From: Squalus acanthias
Lineage: Eukaryota
NCBI GenBank assembly: GCA_030390025.1
Contig: CM059432.1
Span: 107,386,001-107,450,000, forward strand
DNA length: 64,000 bases
Direction: 5' to 3'
Part shown: positions 12,701 to 26,700 of the stretch, piece after piece
How positions within the stretch are numbered: position 1 is the first letter of the stretch
Layout of the letters: each line of letters starts with the position of its first letter
Position numbers and translations under genes: made by a program
The notes under the pieces: model-generated
Seen by the model: only the letters and a program-made list of their open reading frames with translations
Databases searched by the model: none
Told to the model about the DNA's origin: nothing

Positions 12701-15700
12701 ACTCCTAGCCCCGAACTCACCCCACACTCCGAGCCCGGAAATCACCCCACACTCCGCGCCCCGAACTCACCCCACACTCCGAGCCCTGAACTCACCCCAC
12801 ACTCCGAGCCCTGAACTCACCCCACACTGAGCCCTGAACTCACCCCACACTCCGAGCCCTGAACGCACCCCACACTCCGAGCCCTGAACGCACCCCACAC
12901 TCCGAGCCCTGAACGCACCCCACACTCCTCGCCCTGAACTCACCCTACACTCCGAGCCCTGAACTCACCCCACACTGAGCCCCGAACTCACCCCACACTC
13001 CTAGCCCTGAACTCACCCCACACTCCTAGCCCTGAACTCACCCCACACTGAGCCCCGAAGTCACCCCACACTCCCAGCCCTGAACTCACCCCACACTCCC
13101 AGTCCTAAACTCACCCCACACTCCGAGTCCTGAACTCCCCCCACACTCCCAGCCCTGAACTCACCCCACACTCCAAGCCCTGAACTCACACCACACTGAG
13201 CCCCGAACTCACCCCACACTCCTAGCCCTGAACTCACCCCACACTCCCAGCCCTGAACTCACCCCACACTCCGAGCCCCGAACTCACCCCACACTCCTAG
13301 CCCAGAACTCACCCCACACTCCCAGCCCTGAACTCACCCCACACTCCGCGCCCTGAACTCTCCCCACACTCCTAGCCCTGAACTCACACCACACTGAGCC
13401 CCGAACTCACCCCACACTCCGAGCACCGAACACACCCCACACTCCGAGCCCCGAACTCACCCCACACTCCGAGCCCCGAACTCACCCCACACTGAGCCCT
13501 GAACTCACCCCACACTCCGAGCCCAGAACTCACCCCACACTCCGAGCCCAGAACTCACCCCACACTCCCAGCCCTGAACTCACCCCACACTCCGCGCCCT
13601 GAACTCTCCCCACACTCCTAGCCCCGAACTCACCCCACACTCCGAGCCCGGAACTCACCCCACACTCCGCGCCCCGAACTCACCCCACACTCCGAGCCCC
13701 GAACTCACCCCACACTCCGCGCCCTGAACTCACCCCACACTCCGAGCCCTGAACTCACCCCACACTCCGAGCCCTGAACTCACCCCACACTGAGCCCTGA
13801 ACTCACCCCACACTCCGAGCCCTGAACTCACCCCACACTCCGAGCCCTGAACGCACCCCACACTCCGAGCCCTGAACGCACCCCACACTCCGAGCCCTGA
13901 ACACACCCCACACTCCTCGCCCTGAACTCACCCTACACTCCGAGCCCTGAACTCACCCCACACTGAGCCCCGAACTCACCCCACACTCCTAGAGCTGAAC
14001 TCACCCCACACTCCTAGCCCTGAACTCACCCCACACTGAGCCCCGAACTCACCCCACACTCCCAGCCCTGAACTCACCCCACACTCCCAGTCCTAAACTC
14101 ACCCCACACTCCGAGCCCTGAACTCCCCCCACACTCCCAGCCCTGAACTCACCCCACACTCCCAGCACTGAACTCACCCCACACTCCACGCCCTGAACTC
14201 ACCCCACACTCGCAGCCCTGAACTCACCCCACACTCCGAGCCCTGAACTCACCCCACACTGAGCCCTGAACTCTCCCCACACTCCTAGCCCCGAACTCAC
14301 CCCACACTCCCAGCCCCGAACCAAACCCACACTCCCAGCCCGGAACTCACCCCACACTCCTAGCCCTGAACTCACCCCACACTCCCAGCCCTGAACTCAC
14401 CCCACACTCCCAGCACTGAACTCACCCCACACTCCACGCCCTGAACTCACCCCACACTCGCAGCCCTGAACTCACCCCACACTCCGAGCCCTGAACTCAC
14501 CCCACACTGAGCCCTGAACTCTCCCCACACTCCTAGCCCCGAACTCACCCCACACTCCCAGCCCCGAACCAAACCCACACTCCCAGCCCGGAACTCACCC
14601 CACACTCCTAGCCCTGAACTCACCCCACACTCCCAGCCCTGAACTCACCCCACACTCCCAGCCCTGAACTCACCCCACACTCCCAGCCCTGAACTCACCC
14701 CACACTCCGAGCCCTGAACTCACCCCACACTGAGCCCTGAACTCACCCCACTCTCCGAGCCCCAAACTCACCCCACACTCCGAGCCCTGAACTCACCTAA
14801 CACTGAGCCCTGAACTCACCCCAGACTGAGCTCTGAACTCACCCCACAATGAGCCCTGACCTCACCACACTCTCCGAGCCCTGAACTCACCCCAAACTCC
14901 GATCCCTGAACTCAACTCGCACTGAGCCCTGAACTCACGCAACACTCCCAGCCCTGAACTCACCACACACTCCCAGCCCTGAACTAACACCACACTGAGC
15001 CCTGAACTCATCCCACTCTCCGAGCCCCGAACTCACCCCACACTCCGAGCCCTGAACTCACCCCACACTCCACGCCCTGAACTCACCCCACAGTCCGAGC
15101 CCCGAACTCACCCCACACTCCGAGCCCCGAACTCACCCCACACTCCTAGCCCTGAACTCACCCCATACTGAGCCCCGAACTCACCCCACACTCCTAGCCC
15201 TGAACTCACCCCATACTGAGCCCCGAACTCACCCCACACTCCGAGCCCCGAACTCACCCCACACTCCTAGCCCTGAACTCACCCCATACTGAGCCCCGAA
15301 CTCACCCCACACTCCTAGCCCTGAACTCACCCCACACTGAGCCCCGAACTCACCCCACACTCCTAGCCCTGAACTCACCCCACACTCCTAGCCCCGAACT
15401 CACCCCACACTCCTAGCCCCGAACTCACCCCACACTCCTAGCCCCGAACTCAAACCACACTCCGAGCCCTGAACTCACCCCACACTCCGAGCCCTGAACT
15501 CACCCCACACTCCTAGCCCTGAACTCACCCCACACTCCGAGCCCTGAACTCACCCCACACTCCGAGCATGAATTCACCCCACACTCCGAGCCCTGAACTC
15601 ACCCCACACTCCGAGCCCTGAACTCACCCCACACTCCTCGCCCTGAACTCACCCCACACTCCAAGCCCTGAACTCACACCACACTGAGCCCCGAACTCAC

Positions 15701-16795
15701 CCCACACTCCCAGCCCTGAACTCACCCCACACTCCGAGCACCGAACACACCCCACACTCCGAGCCCTGATCTCACCCCACACTCCTAGCCCCGAACTCAC
15801 CCCACACTCCCAGCCCCGAACTCACCCCACACTCCTAGCCCCGAACTCACCCCACACTCCTAGCCCCGAACTCACCCCACACTCCGAGCCCCGAACTCAC
15901 CCCACACTCCGAGCCCCGAACTCACCCCACACTCCGAGCCCCGAACTCACCCCACAGTCCGAGCCCCGAACTCACCCCACACTCCGAGCCCCGAACTCAC
16001 CCCACACTCCGAGCCCCGAACTCACCCCACACTGAGCCCTGAACTCATCCTAAACTCCGAGCCCCGAACTCACCCCACAATCCGAGCCCTGAACTCACCC
16101 CATACTGAGCCACGAACTCACCCCACACTGAGCCCCGAACTCACCCCACACTCCGAGCCCCGAACTCACCCCACACTGAGCCCTGAACTCACCCCACACT
16201 CCGAGCCCAGAACTCACCCCACACTCCGAGCCCAGAACTCACCCCACACTCCGAGCATGAACTCACCCCACACTCCGAGCCCCGAACACACCCCACACTC
16301 CGAGCCCTGATCTCACCCCACACTCCCAGCCCTGAACTCACCCCACACTCCGAGCCCAGAACTCACCCCACACTCCTAGCCCTGAACGCACCCCACACTC
16401 CGAGCCCTGAACTCACCCCACACTCCTCGCCCTGAACTCACCCTACACTCCAAGCCCTGAACTCACACCACACTGAGCCCCGAACTCACCCCACACTCCT
16501 AGCCCTGAACTCACCCCACACTCCCAGCCCTGAACTCACCCCACTCTCCGAGCACCGAACACACCCCACACTCCGAGCCCTGATCTCACCCCACACTCCT
16601 AGCCCCGAACTCACCCCACACTCCGAGCCCCGAACTCACCCCACACTGAGCCCTGAACTCACCCCACACTCCGAGCCCAGAACTCACCCCACACTCCGAG
16701 CCCAGAACTCACCCCACACTCCCAGCCCTGAACTCACCCCACACTCCGAGCCCTGAACTCACCCTACACTCCGAGCCCTGAACTCACCCCACACT

Positions 16796-17668
16796 GACAA
16801 CCATGTGTGCGGGAAGTGTGTCCAGCTGCAGCTCATGTGGGACCGCATGACGGCCCTTGAGCTGCGGATGGACTCACTTTGGAGCATCCACGATTCTGAG
16901 AGGGTTGTGGATAACACATTTAGTGAGTTGGTCACACCGCAGGTTAAGGCCAGCGTAGATCGTACATGGGTGACCAAAAGGCAGAGCAAGGGCAGGAAGG
17001 TAGTGCAGAAATCCCCTGGGGTTGTCTCCCTTAGCAACAGGTTCACCGCCTTAGGTGCTGTTGTCGGGGGGGATGACTCATCGGGGGAAGGCACCAGCAG
17101 CCAGGCTCATGGCACCATGACTGGCTCTGTTGCAAAGAAGGGAGGGAAAAAGAGTTGCAGGGCTATAGTAATAGGGGATTCGATTGTAAGGGGAATAGAT
17201 AGGGGTTTCTGTGGTCGCGACCGAGACTCCAGGATGGTATGTTGCCTCCCTGGTGCAAGGGTGAAGGATGTCTCGGCGCGGGTGCAGAACATTCTGGAGG
17301 GGGAGGGGGAACAGCCAGTTGTCGTGATACATGTTGGTACCAACGACGTAGCTAAAAAAAGGGAAGAGGTCCTACAAGTAGAATTTAGGGAGTTAGGAGC
17401 CAAGCTAAAAAGTAGGACCTCGAAGGTAGTAATCTCTGGATTACTACCAGTGCCACGTGCTAGTAAGAGTACAGAGAACAGGATGGTTAGGCTAAATACG
17501 TGGCTTGAGCAGTGGTGTAAGAGGGAGGGTTTTAAATTTTTGAGGCATTGGAACCAGTTTTGTGGTAGGTGTGACCTATACAAAAGGGACGGTCTACACC
17601 TGTGCAAAGATGGAACTGATGTTCTCGGGGTAATTTTTGATAAAGCAGTTCGGGAGCATTTAAACTAG
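16796..17668 (+). CDS. CR1 ORF1 (half zinc finger CGKC, coiled coil, SGNH/GDSL esterase-like domain), 5'-truncated
   Basis: Motifs VIGDSIVR, CLPGA, HVGTND and DGLH. No initiator ATG upstream of the CxxC. Confidence 0.9.
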   Translation, partial: DNHVCGKCVQLQLMWDRMTALELRMDSLWSIHDSERVVDNTFSELVTPQVKASVDRTWVTKRQSKGRKVVQKSPGVVSLSNRFTALGAVVGGDDSSGEGTSSQAHGTMTGSVAKKGGKKSCRAIVIGDSIVRGIDRGFCGRDRDSRMVCCLPGARVKDVSARVQNILEGEGEQPVVVIHVGTNDVAKKREEVLQVEFRELGAKLKSRTSKVVISGLLPVPRASKSTENRMVRLNTWLEQWCKREGFKFLRHWNQFCGRCDLYKRDGLHLCKDGTDVLGVIFDKAVREHLN

Positions 17669-20600
17669 TATGGCAGGGGGCTAGAAACCTATGTAGTGAA
17701 ATAGAGGAAAGTGAAAGGCAGACAGAAATAAATGGTAAAAGGGTGAGGAACAAAAAACAAAGGGCCAAACCAATTCATAAAAAATGTGAGCATAAAAAAA
17801 GCCTGAGGGTTTTATACCTTAATGCGAGAAGCATCAGGAACAAGGTAGATGAATTAGCTGTGGAAATAGAGGTTAATAATTATGATCTAATTGGGATTAC
17901 GGAAACATGGTTGCAGGGTGAGCAGGGCTGGGAGCTTAACATACAGGGGTATTCAGTATTTAGGAAGGATCGACAAAAAAGAAAGGGAGGAGGGGTAGCA
18001 TTGCTGGTAAAAGAAGGGATAAATGCAATTGAAAGGAAGGATATTAACTCAGTTAATACAGAATCTATATGGGTGGAGCTAAGAAATAGCGAGGGGCGAA
18101 AAACATTAATAGGAGTGGTATATAGGCCTCCAAATAGTAAAATAGAGGTTGGGGAGGGCATCACGAGGGAAATTAGTGAAGCGTGCAATAAGAGCACAGC
18201 TGTCATCATAGGTGACTTTAACTTACATATAGATTGGAATAGCCTAATCAGTAAAAATAATGAGGAGGAGGAATTCCTTGAGTGTTTAAGGGATGGTTAT
18301 CTGGATCAATATGTCGAGGAACCAACTCGGGAACAGGCTATATTGGACTGGGTACTGTGCAATGAGAAGGGACTAATTAGTAATCTTGTTGTACGGGGAC
18401 CCTTGGGTCAGAGCGATCATAACATGATCGATTTCTCACTCGAAATGGAGAGCGAAGAAATTGACTCAGATACTAAGGTCCTGAATTTAAACAAGGGGAA
18501 TTATGATGCCATTAGACGGGAACTGAGTAGGTCTGATTGGACAACGTTCCTGGGAGGACTGGAGGTAGATAAACAATGGCAAGCATTTAAAGATAGAATG
18601 ACAAAATTGCAAAAATTGTTTATACCAATCTGGCATAAAAGGAAATCTAAAAAGGTGACTCAACCGTGGATAACAGGGGAAATTAGAGACAGCATAAAAT
18701 CCAAAGATAGGGCGTATAAAATAGCCAAAAAAAGCGCCAGTGCGGAAGATTGGGAACAGTTTAAGATAGAGCAAAGGAGGACAAAGGGCTTAATCAAGAG
18801 GGGCAAAATAGCTTACGAAAGCAAGCTGGCGGAAAATATAAAAACTAAATCCAAAAGCTTTTATAAGTATATCAAGAGGAAAAGACTGGTGAAAATCAAA
18901 GTTGGCCCATTGCAGTCAGATACGGGGGAATATATAACGGGAAATAAAGAAATGGCAGACCAACTAAATGCATACTTTGGGTCAGTCTTTACGAAGGAAG
19001 ACACAAAAAACCTCCCTGGGATATCGGGAAAAATAGGGACATTTGCAAAGGAGGAACTGACGCAAGTCAATATCTCTAAGGATATGGTGTTAAGGAAGCT
19101 AAAGGGATTGAAGGCGGACAAATCCCCAGGGCCTGATAACATGCATCCTAGGGTGCTGAAGGAGGTGGCCCTAGAGATAGCGGATGCACTAAGTATGATT
19201 TTTCAGAATTCATTAGACTCGGGAACAGTGCCCATGGATTGGAGGGTAGCTAACGTTACCCCACTATTCAAAAAGGGGAGTAGGTAAAAAGCAGGTAATT
19301 ACAGACCTGTAAGCCTTACATCAGTTGTGGGCAAAATGCTGGAGTCCATCATTAAGGATGAAATAGCGGAGCACTTAGCAAATGGGGACAGGATAGGACA
19401 GAGTCAACATGGATTTACAAAGGGTAAATCGTGCTTGACTAATCTATTGGAATTTTTTGAGGGAGTAACTGGTAAAATAGATGGGGGAGAGCCAGTAGAT
19501 GTGGTGTACCTGGACTTCCAAAAGGCCTTCGATAAGGTCCCACATAAAAGATTAGCAGGGAAAATTGAAGCTCATGGGATAAAGGGGAAAGTATTGACGT
19601 GGATAGAGAACTGGCTGTCAGATAGAAAACAGAGAGTTAGAATAAACGGCTCATTTTCTGAATGGCAGGCAGTAACAAGTGGGGTACCACAGGGATCTGT
19701 CCTGGGTCCCCAGCTGTTCACAATTTACATTAATGACCTGGATCAGGGAGTCGGATGCAGCATTTCCAAATTTGCAGACGACACTAAACTAGGAGGGGGG
19801 GTGGGCTCAGAGGAGGAGACCAGGAAGCTCCAGAGCGATTTGGACAGACTGGGTGATTGGGCGGATAAATGGCAGATGCACTATAATGTGGACAAGTGCG
19901 AAGTTATCCACCTTGGGTGCAGGAACGGGAGGGCAAATTATTATTTAAATGGCAATAAATTGGGAGAGGGGGAAGTACAGAGAGACCTGGGTGTTCTTGT
20001 ACACCAGTCACTGAAGGCGAGCATGCAGGTGCAACAGGCGATCAAGAAGGCAAACGGTATGCTGGCCTTCATAGCAAAAGGGTTGGAATACAGGAACAGG
20101 GATACCTTGCTGCAGCTGTACAGGGCACTGGTGAGACCACACCTCGAGTACTGTGTACAGTTTTGGTCGCCTCATCTGAGGAAAGATGTTCTTGCCATGG
20201 AGGGGGTGCAGCGGCGATTCACCAGGCTGATACCAGGAATGGCGGGATTGACCTATGAGGAGAGACTATGTAGTTTAGGGATGTACACACTGGAGTTTAG
20301 AAGATTGAGAGGGGACCTCATAGAAGTGTATAAAATTCTGACAGGTCTAGACAGACTAGATGCAGAAGGGATGTTTCCCTTGGCGGGTGAGAACAGAACT
20401 AGAGGACATAATTTAAGGATAAGGGCTAAGCCATTTAGGACAGAAATGAGGGGGAATTTCTTCACTCAGAGGGTGGTGAACCTGTGGAACTCATTGCCAC
20501 AGAGGGCAGTGTACGCCAGCTCATTAAATATATTTAAGAGGGAATTAGATATATTTCTACAGGCAAAAGGGGTTAAGGGTTACGGAGAGAAGGCGGGGAC

Positions 20601-20709
20601 GGGATACTGAATTGGAGGATCAGCCATGATCTCATTAAATGGCGGAGCAGGCTCGAAGGGCCGGATGGCCTACTCCTGCTCCTATCTTCTATGTATCTAT
20701 GTATCTATG
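16798..20709 (+). mobile_element. Young CR1 LINE, slightly 5'-truncated, inserted in the satellite
   Basis: ORF1 and ORF2 present, CR1-type 3' hairpin region and (TCTATGTA)n tail. The satellite unit resumes in register (cacactga|gccccgaac). Confidence 0.95.
17659..20610 (+). pseudogene. CR1 ORF2 (APE endonuclease + reverse transcriptase) with one nonsense codon
   Basis: YLNARS, ITETW, GDFN and SDHN (APE); GVPQGSVLGP and FADD (RT). The two ORF-track pieces share a frame and are separated only by TAA at 19285-19287. Confidence 0.93.
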
Positions 20710-23700
20710 AGCCCCGAACTCACCCCACACTCCTAGCCCTGAACTCACCCCACACTCCCAGCCCTGAACTCACCCCACACTCCGAGCCCTGATCTCACCC
20801 CACACTCCTAGCCCCGAACTCACCCCACACTCCGAGCCCAGAACTCACCCCACACTCCCAGCCCTGAACTCACCCCACACTCCGAGCCCTGAACTCACCC
20901 CACACTCCGAGCCCTGAACTCACCCCACACTGAGCCCTGAACTCACCCCACACTCCGAGCCCTGAACTCACCCCATACTCCGAGCCCTGAACGCACCCCA
21001 CACTCCGAGCCCTGAACGCACCCCACACTCCGAGCCCTGAACACACCCCACACTCCTCGCCCTGAACTCACCCTACACTCCGAGCCCTGAACTCACCCCA
21101 CACTGAGCCCCGAACTCACCCCACACTCCTAGAGCTGAACTCACCCCACACTCCTAGCCCTGAACTCACCCCACACTGAGCCCCGAACTCACCCCACACT
21201 CCCAGCCCTGAACTCACCCCACACTCCCAGTCCTAAACTCACCCCACACTCCGAGCCCTGAACTCCCCCCACACTCCCAGCCCTGAACTCACCCCACACT
21301 CCCAGCACTGAACTCACCCCACACTCCACGCCCTGAACTCACCCCACACTCCGAGCACCGAACACACCCCACACTCCGAGCCCTGATCTCACCCCACACT
21401 CCTAGCCCCGAACTCACCCCACACTCCCAGCCCCGAACTCACCCCACACTCCTAGCCCCGAACTCACCCCACACTCCTAGCCCCGAACTCACCCCACACT
21501 CCGAGCCCCGAACTCACCCCACACTCCGAGCCCCGAACTCACCCCACACTCCGAGCCCCGAACTCACCCCACAGTCCGAGCCCCGAACTCACCCCACACT
21601 CCGAGCCCCGAACTCACCCCACACTCCGAGCCCCGAACTCACCCCATACTGAGCCACGAACTCACCCCACACTGAGCCCCGAACTCACCCCACACTCCGA
21701 GCCCCGAACTCACCCCACGCTGAGCCCTGAACTCACCCCACACTCCGAGCCCAGAACTCACCCCACACTCCGAGCCCAGAACTCACCCCACACTCCGAGC
21801 ATGAACTCACCCCACACTCCGAGCCCCGAACACACCCCACACTCCGAGCCCTGAAATCACCCCACACTCCCAGCCCTGAACTCACCCCACACTCCGAGCC
21901 CCGAACACACCCCACACTCCGAGCCCTGATCTCACCCCACACTCCCAGCCCTGAACTCACCCCACACTCCGAGCCCTGCACTCACCCCACACTGAGCCCT
22001 GAACTCACCCCACACTCCGAGCCCAGAACTCACCCCACACTCCTAGCCCTGAACGCACCCCACACTCCGAGCCCTGAACTCACCCCACACTCCTCGCCCT
22101 GAACTCACCCTACACTCCAAGCCCTGAACTCACACCACACTGAGCCCCGAACTCACCCCACACTCCTAGCCCTGAACTCACCCCACACTCCGAGCACCGA
22201 ACACACCCCACACTCCGAGCCCTGATCTCACCCCACACTCCTAGCCCCGAACTCACCCCACACTCCCAGCCCCGAACTCACCCCACACTCCTAGCCCCGA
22301 ACTCACCCCACACTCCGAGCCCCGAACTCACCCCACACTGAGCCCTGAACTCACCCCACACTCCGAGCCCAGAACTCACCCCACACTCCGAGCCCAGAAC
22401 TCACCCCACACTCCCAGCCCTGAACTCACCCCACACTCCGCACCCTGAACTCTCCCCACACTCCTAGCCCCGAACTCACCCCACACTCCGAGCCCGGAAA
22501 TCACCCCACACTCCGCGCCCCGAACTCACCCCACACTCCGAGCCCTGAACTCACCCACACTCCGAGCCCTGAACTCACCCCACACTCCTAGCCCCGAACT
22601 CACCCCACACTCCGAGCCCTGAACTCACCCCACACTCCGAGCCCTGAACTCACCCCACACTGAGCCCTGAACTCACCCCACACTCCGAGCCCTGAACGCA
22701 CCCCACACTCCGAGCCCTGAACGCACCCCACACTCCGAGCCCTGAACGCACCCCACACTCCTCGCCCTGAACTCACCCTACACTCCGAGCCCTGAACTCA
22801 CCCCACACTGAGCCGCGAACTCACCCCACACTCCTAGCCCTAAACTCACCCCACACTCCTAGCCCTGAACTCACCCCACACTGAGCCCCGAAGTCACCCC
22901 ACACTCCCAGCCCTGAACTCACCCCACACTCCCAGTCCTAAACTCACCCCACACTCCGAGCCCTGAACTCCCCCCACACTCCCAGCCCTGAACTCACCCC
23001 ACACTCCAAGCCCTGAACTCACACCACACTGAGCCCCGAACTCACCCCACACTCCTAGCCCTGAACTCACCCCACACTCCCAGCCCTGAACTCACCCCAC
23101 ACTCCGAGCACCGAACACACCCCACACTCCGAGCCCTGATCTCACCCCACACTCCTAGCCCCGAACTCACCCCACACTCCGAGCCCCGAACTCACCCCAC
23201 ACTGAGCCCTGAACTCACCCCACACTCCGAGCCCAGAACTCACCCCACACTCCGAGCCCAGAACTCACCCCACACTCCCAGCCCTGAACTCACCCCACAC
23301 TCCGCGCCCTGAACTCTCCCCACACTCCTAGCCCCGAACTCACCCCACACTCCGAGCCCGGAACTCACCCCACACTCCGCGCCCCGAACTCACCCCACAC
23401 TCCGCGCCCTGAACTCACCCCACACTCCGAGCCCTGAACTCACCCCACACGCCGAGCCCTGAACTCACCCCACACTGAGCCCTGAACTCACCCCACACTC
23501 CGAGCCCTGAACTCACCCCATACTCCGAGCCCTGAACGCACCCCACACTCCGAGCCCTGAACTCACCTCACACTCCTCGCCCTGAACGCACCCGACACTC
23601 CGAGCCCTGAACACACCCCACACTCCTCGCCCTGAACTCACCCCACACTCCGAGCCCTGAACGCACCCGACACTCCGAGCCCTGAACACACCCCACACTC

Positions 23701-26700
23701 CTCGCCCTGAACTCACCCTACACTCCGAGCCCTGAACTCACCCCACACTGAGCCCCGAACTCACCCCACACTCCTAGAGCTGAACTCACCCCACACTCCT
23801 AGCCCTGAACTCACCCCACACTGAGCCCCGAACTCACCCCACACTCCCAGCCCTGAACTCACCCCACACTCCCAGTCCTAAACTCACCCCACACTCCGAG
23901 CCCTGAACTCCCCCCACACTCCCAGCCCTGAACTCACCCCACACTCCCAGCACTGAACTCACCCCACACTCCACGCCCTGAACTCACCCCACACTCGCAG
24001 CCCTGAACTCACCCCACACTCCGAGCCCTGAACTCACCCCACACTCCGAGCCCAGAACTCACCCCACACTCCGAGCCCAGAACTCACCCCACACTCCCAG
24101 CCCTGAACTCACCCCACACTCCGCGCCCTGAACTCTCCCCACACTCCTAGCCCCGAACTCACCCCACACTCCGAGCCCGGAAATCACCCCACACTCCGCG
24201 CCCCGAACTCACCCCACACTCCGAGCCCTGAACTCACCCCACACTCCGAGCCCTGAACTCACCCCACACTGAGCCCTGAACTCACCCCACACTCCGAGCC
24301 CTGAACGCACCCCACACTCCGAGCCCTGAACGCACCCCACACTCCGAGCCCTGAACGCACCCCACACTCCTCGCCCTGAACTCACCCTACACTCCGAGCC
24401 CTGAACTCACCCCACACTGAGCCCCGAACTCACCCCACACTCCTAGCCCTGAACTCACCCCACACTCCTAGCCCTGAACTCACCCCACACTGAGCCCCGA
24501 AGTCACCCCACACTCCCAGCCCTGAACTCACCCCACACTCCCAGTCCTAAACTCACCCCACACTCCGAGCCCTGAACTCCCCCCACACTCCCAGCCCTGA
24601 ACTCACCCCACACTCCAAGCCCTGAACTCACACCACACTGAGCCACGAACTCACCCCACACTCCTAGCCCTGAACTCACCCCACACTCCCAGCCCTGAAC
24701 TCACCCCACACTCCGAGCACCGAACACACCCCACACTCCGAGCCCTGATCTCACCCCACACTCCTAGCCCCGAACTCACCCCACACTCCGAGCCCCGAAC
24801 TCACCCCACACTGAGCCCTGAACTCACCCCACACTCCGAGCCCAGAACTCACCCCACACTCCGAGCCCAGAACTCACCCCACACTCCCAGCCCTGAACTC
24901 ACCCCACACTCCGAGCCCTGAACTCACCCCACACTCCGAGCCCCGAACTCACCCCACACTCCGAGCCCGGAACTCACCCCACACTCCGCGCCCCGAACTC
25001 ACCCCACACTCCGAGCCCCGAACTCACCCCACACTCCGCGCCCTGAACTCACCCCACACTCCGAGCCCTGAACTCACCCCACACTCCGAGCCCTGAACTC
25101 ACCCCACACTGAGCCCTGAACTCACCCCACACTCCGAGCCCTGAACTCACCCCATACTCCGAGCCCTGAACGCACCCCACACTCCGAGCCCTGAACGCAC
25201 CCACACTCCGAGCCCTGAACACACCCCACACTCCTCGCCCTGAACTCACCCTACACTCCGAGCCCTGAACTCACCCCACACTGAGCCCCGAACTCACCCC
25301 ACACTCCTAGAGCTGAACTCACCCCACACTCCTAGCCCTGAACTCACCCCACACTGAGCCCCGAACTCACCCCACACTCCCAGCCCTGAACTCACCCCAC
25401 ACTCCCAGTCCTAAACTCACCCCACACTCCGAGCCCTGAACTCCCCCCACACTCCCAGCCCTGAACTCACCCCACACTCCCAGCACTGAACTCACCCCAC
25501 ACTCCACGCCCTGAACTCACCCCACACTCCGAGCCCTGAACTCACCCCACACTGAGCCCCGAACTCACCCCACACTCGCAGCCCTGAACTCACCCCACAC
25601 TCCGAGCCCTGAACTCACCCCACACTGAGCCCTGAACTCTCCCCACACTCCAAGCCCTGAACTCACACCACACTGAGCCCCGAACTCACCCCACACTCCT
25701 AGCCCTGAACTCACCCCACACTCCCAGCCCTGAACTCACCCCAAACTCCGAGCACCGAACACACCCCACACTCCGAGCCCTGATCTCACCCCACACTCCT
25801 AGCCCCGAACTCACCCCACACTCCGAGCCCCGAACTCACCCCACACTGAGCCCTGAACTCACCCCACACTCCGAGCCCAGAACTCACCCCACACTCCGAG
25901 CCCAGAACTCACCCCACACTCCCAGCCCTGAACTCACCCCACACTCCGCGCCCTGAACTCTCCCCACACTCCTAGCCCCGAACTCACCCCACACTCCGAG
26001 CCCGGAACTCACCCCACACTCCGCGCCCCGAACTCACCCCACACTCCGAGCCCCGAACTCACCCCACACTCCGCGCCCTGAACTCACCCCACACTCCGAG
26101 CCCTGAACTCACCCCACACTCCGAGCCCTGAACTCACCCCACACTGAGCCCTGAACTCACCCCACACTGAGCCCTGAACTCACCCCACACTCCGAGCCCT
26201 GAACTCACCCCATACTCCGAGCCCTGAACGCACCCCACACTCCGAGCCCTGAACGCACCCCACACTCCGAGCCCTGAACACACCCCACACTCCTCACCCT
26301 GAACTCACCCTACACTCCGAGCCCTGAACACACCCCACACTCCTCACCCTGAACTCACCCTACACTCCGAGCCCTGAACTCACCCCACACTGAGCCCCGA
26401 ACTCACCCCACACTCCTAGAGCTGAACTCACCCCACACTCCTAGCCCTGAACTCACCCCACACTGAGCCCCGAACTCACCCCACACTCCCAGCCCTGAAC
26501 TCACCCCACACTCCCAGTCCTAAACTCACCCCACACTCCGAGCCCTGAACTCCCCCCACACTCCCAGCCCTGAACTCACCCCACACTCCCAGCACTGAAC
26601 TCACCCCACACTCCACGCCCTGAACTCACCCCACACTCGCAGCCCTGAACTCACCCCACACTCCGAGCCCTGAACTCACCCCACACTGAGCCCTGAACTC

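Noticed and set aside
19285..19287. Programmed stop-codon readthrough in CR1 ORF2
   Set aside because: Other CR1 copies in the window have a sense codon here (GGREK, GCKDK), so a point mutation is the simpler explanation.
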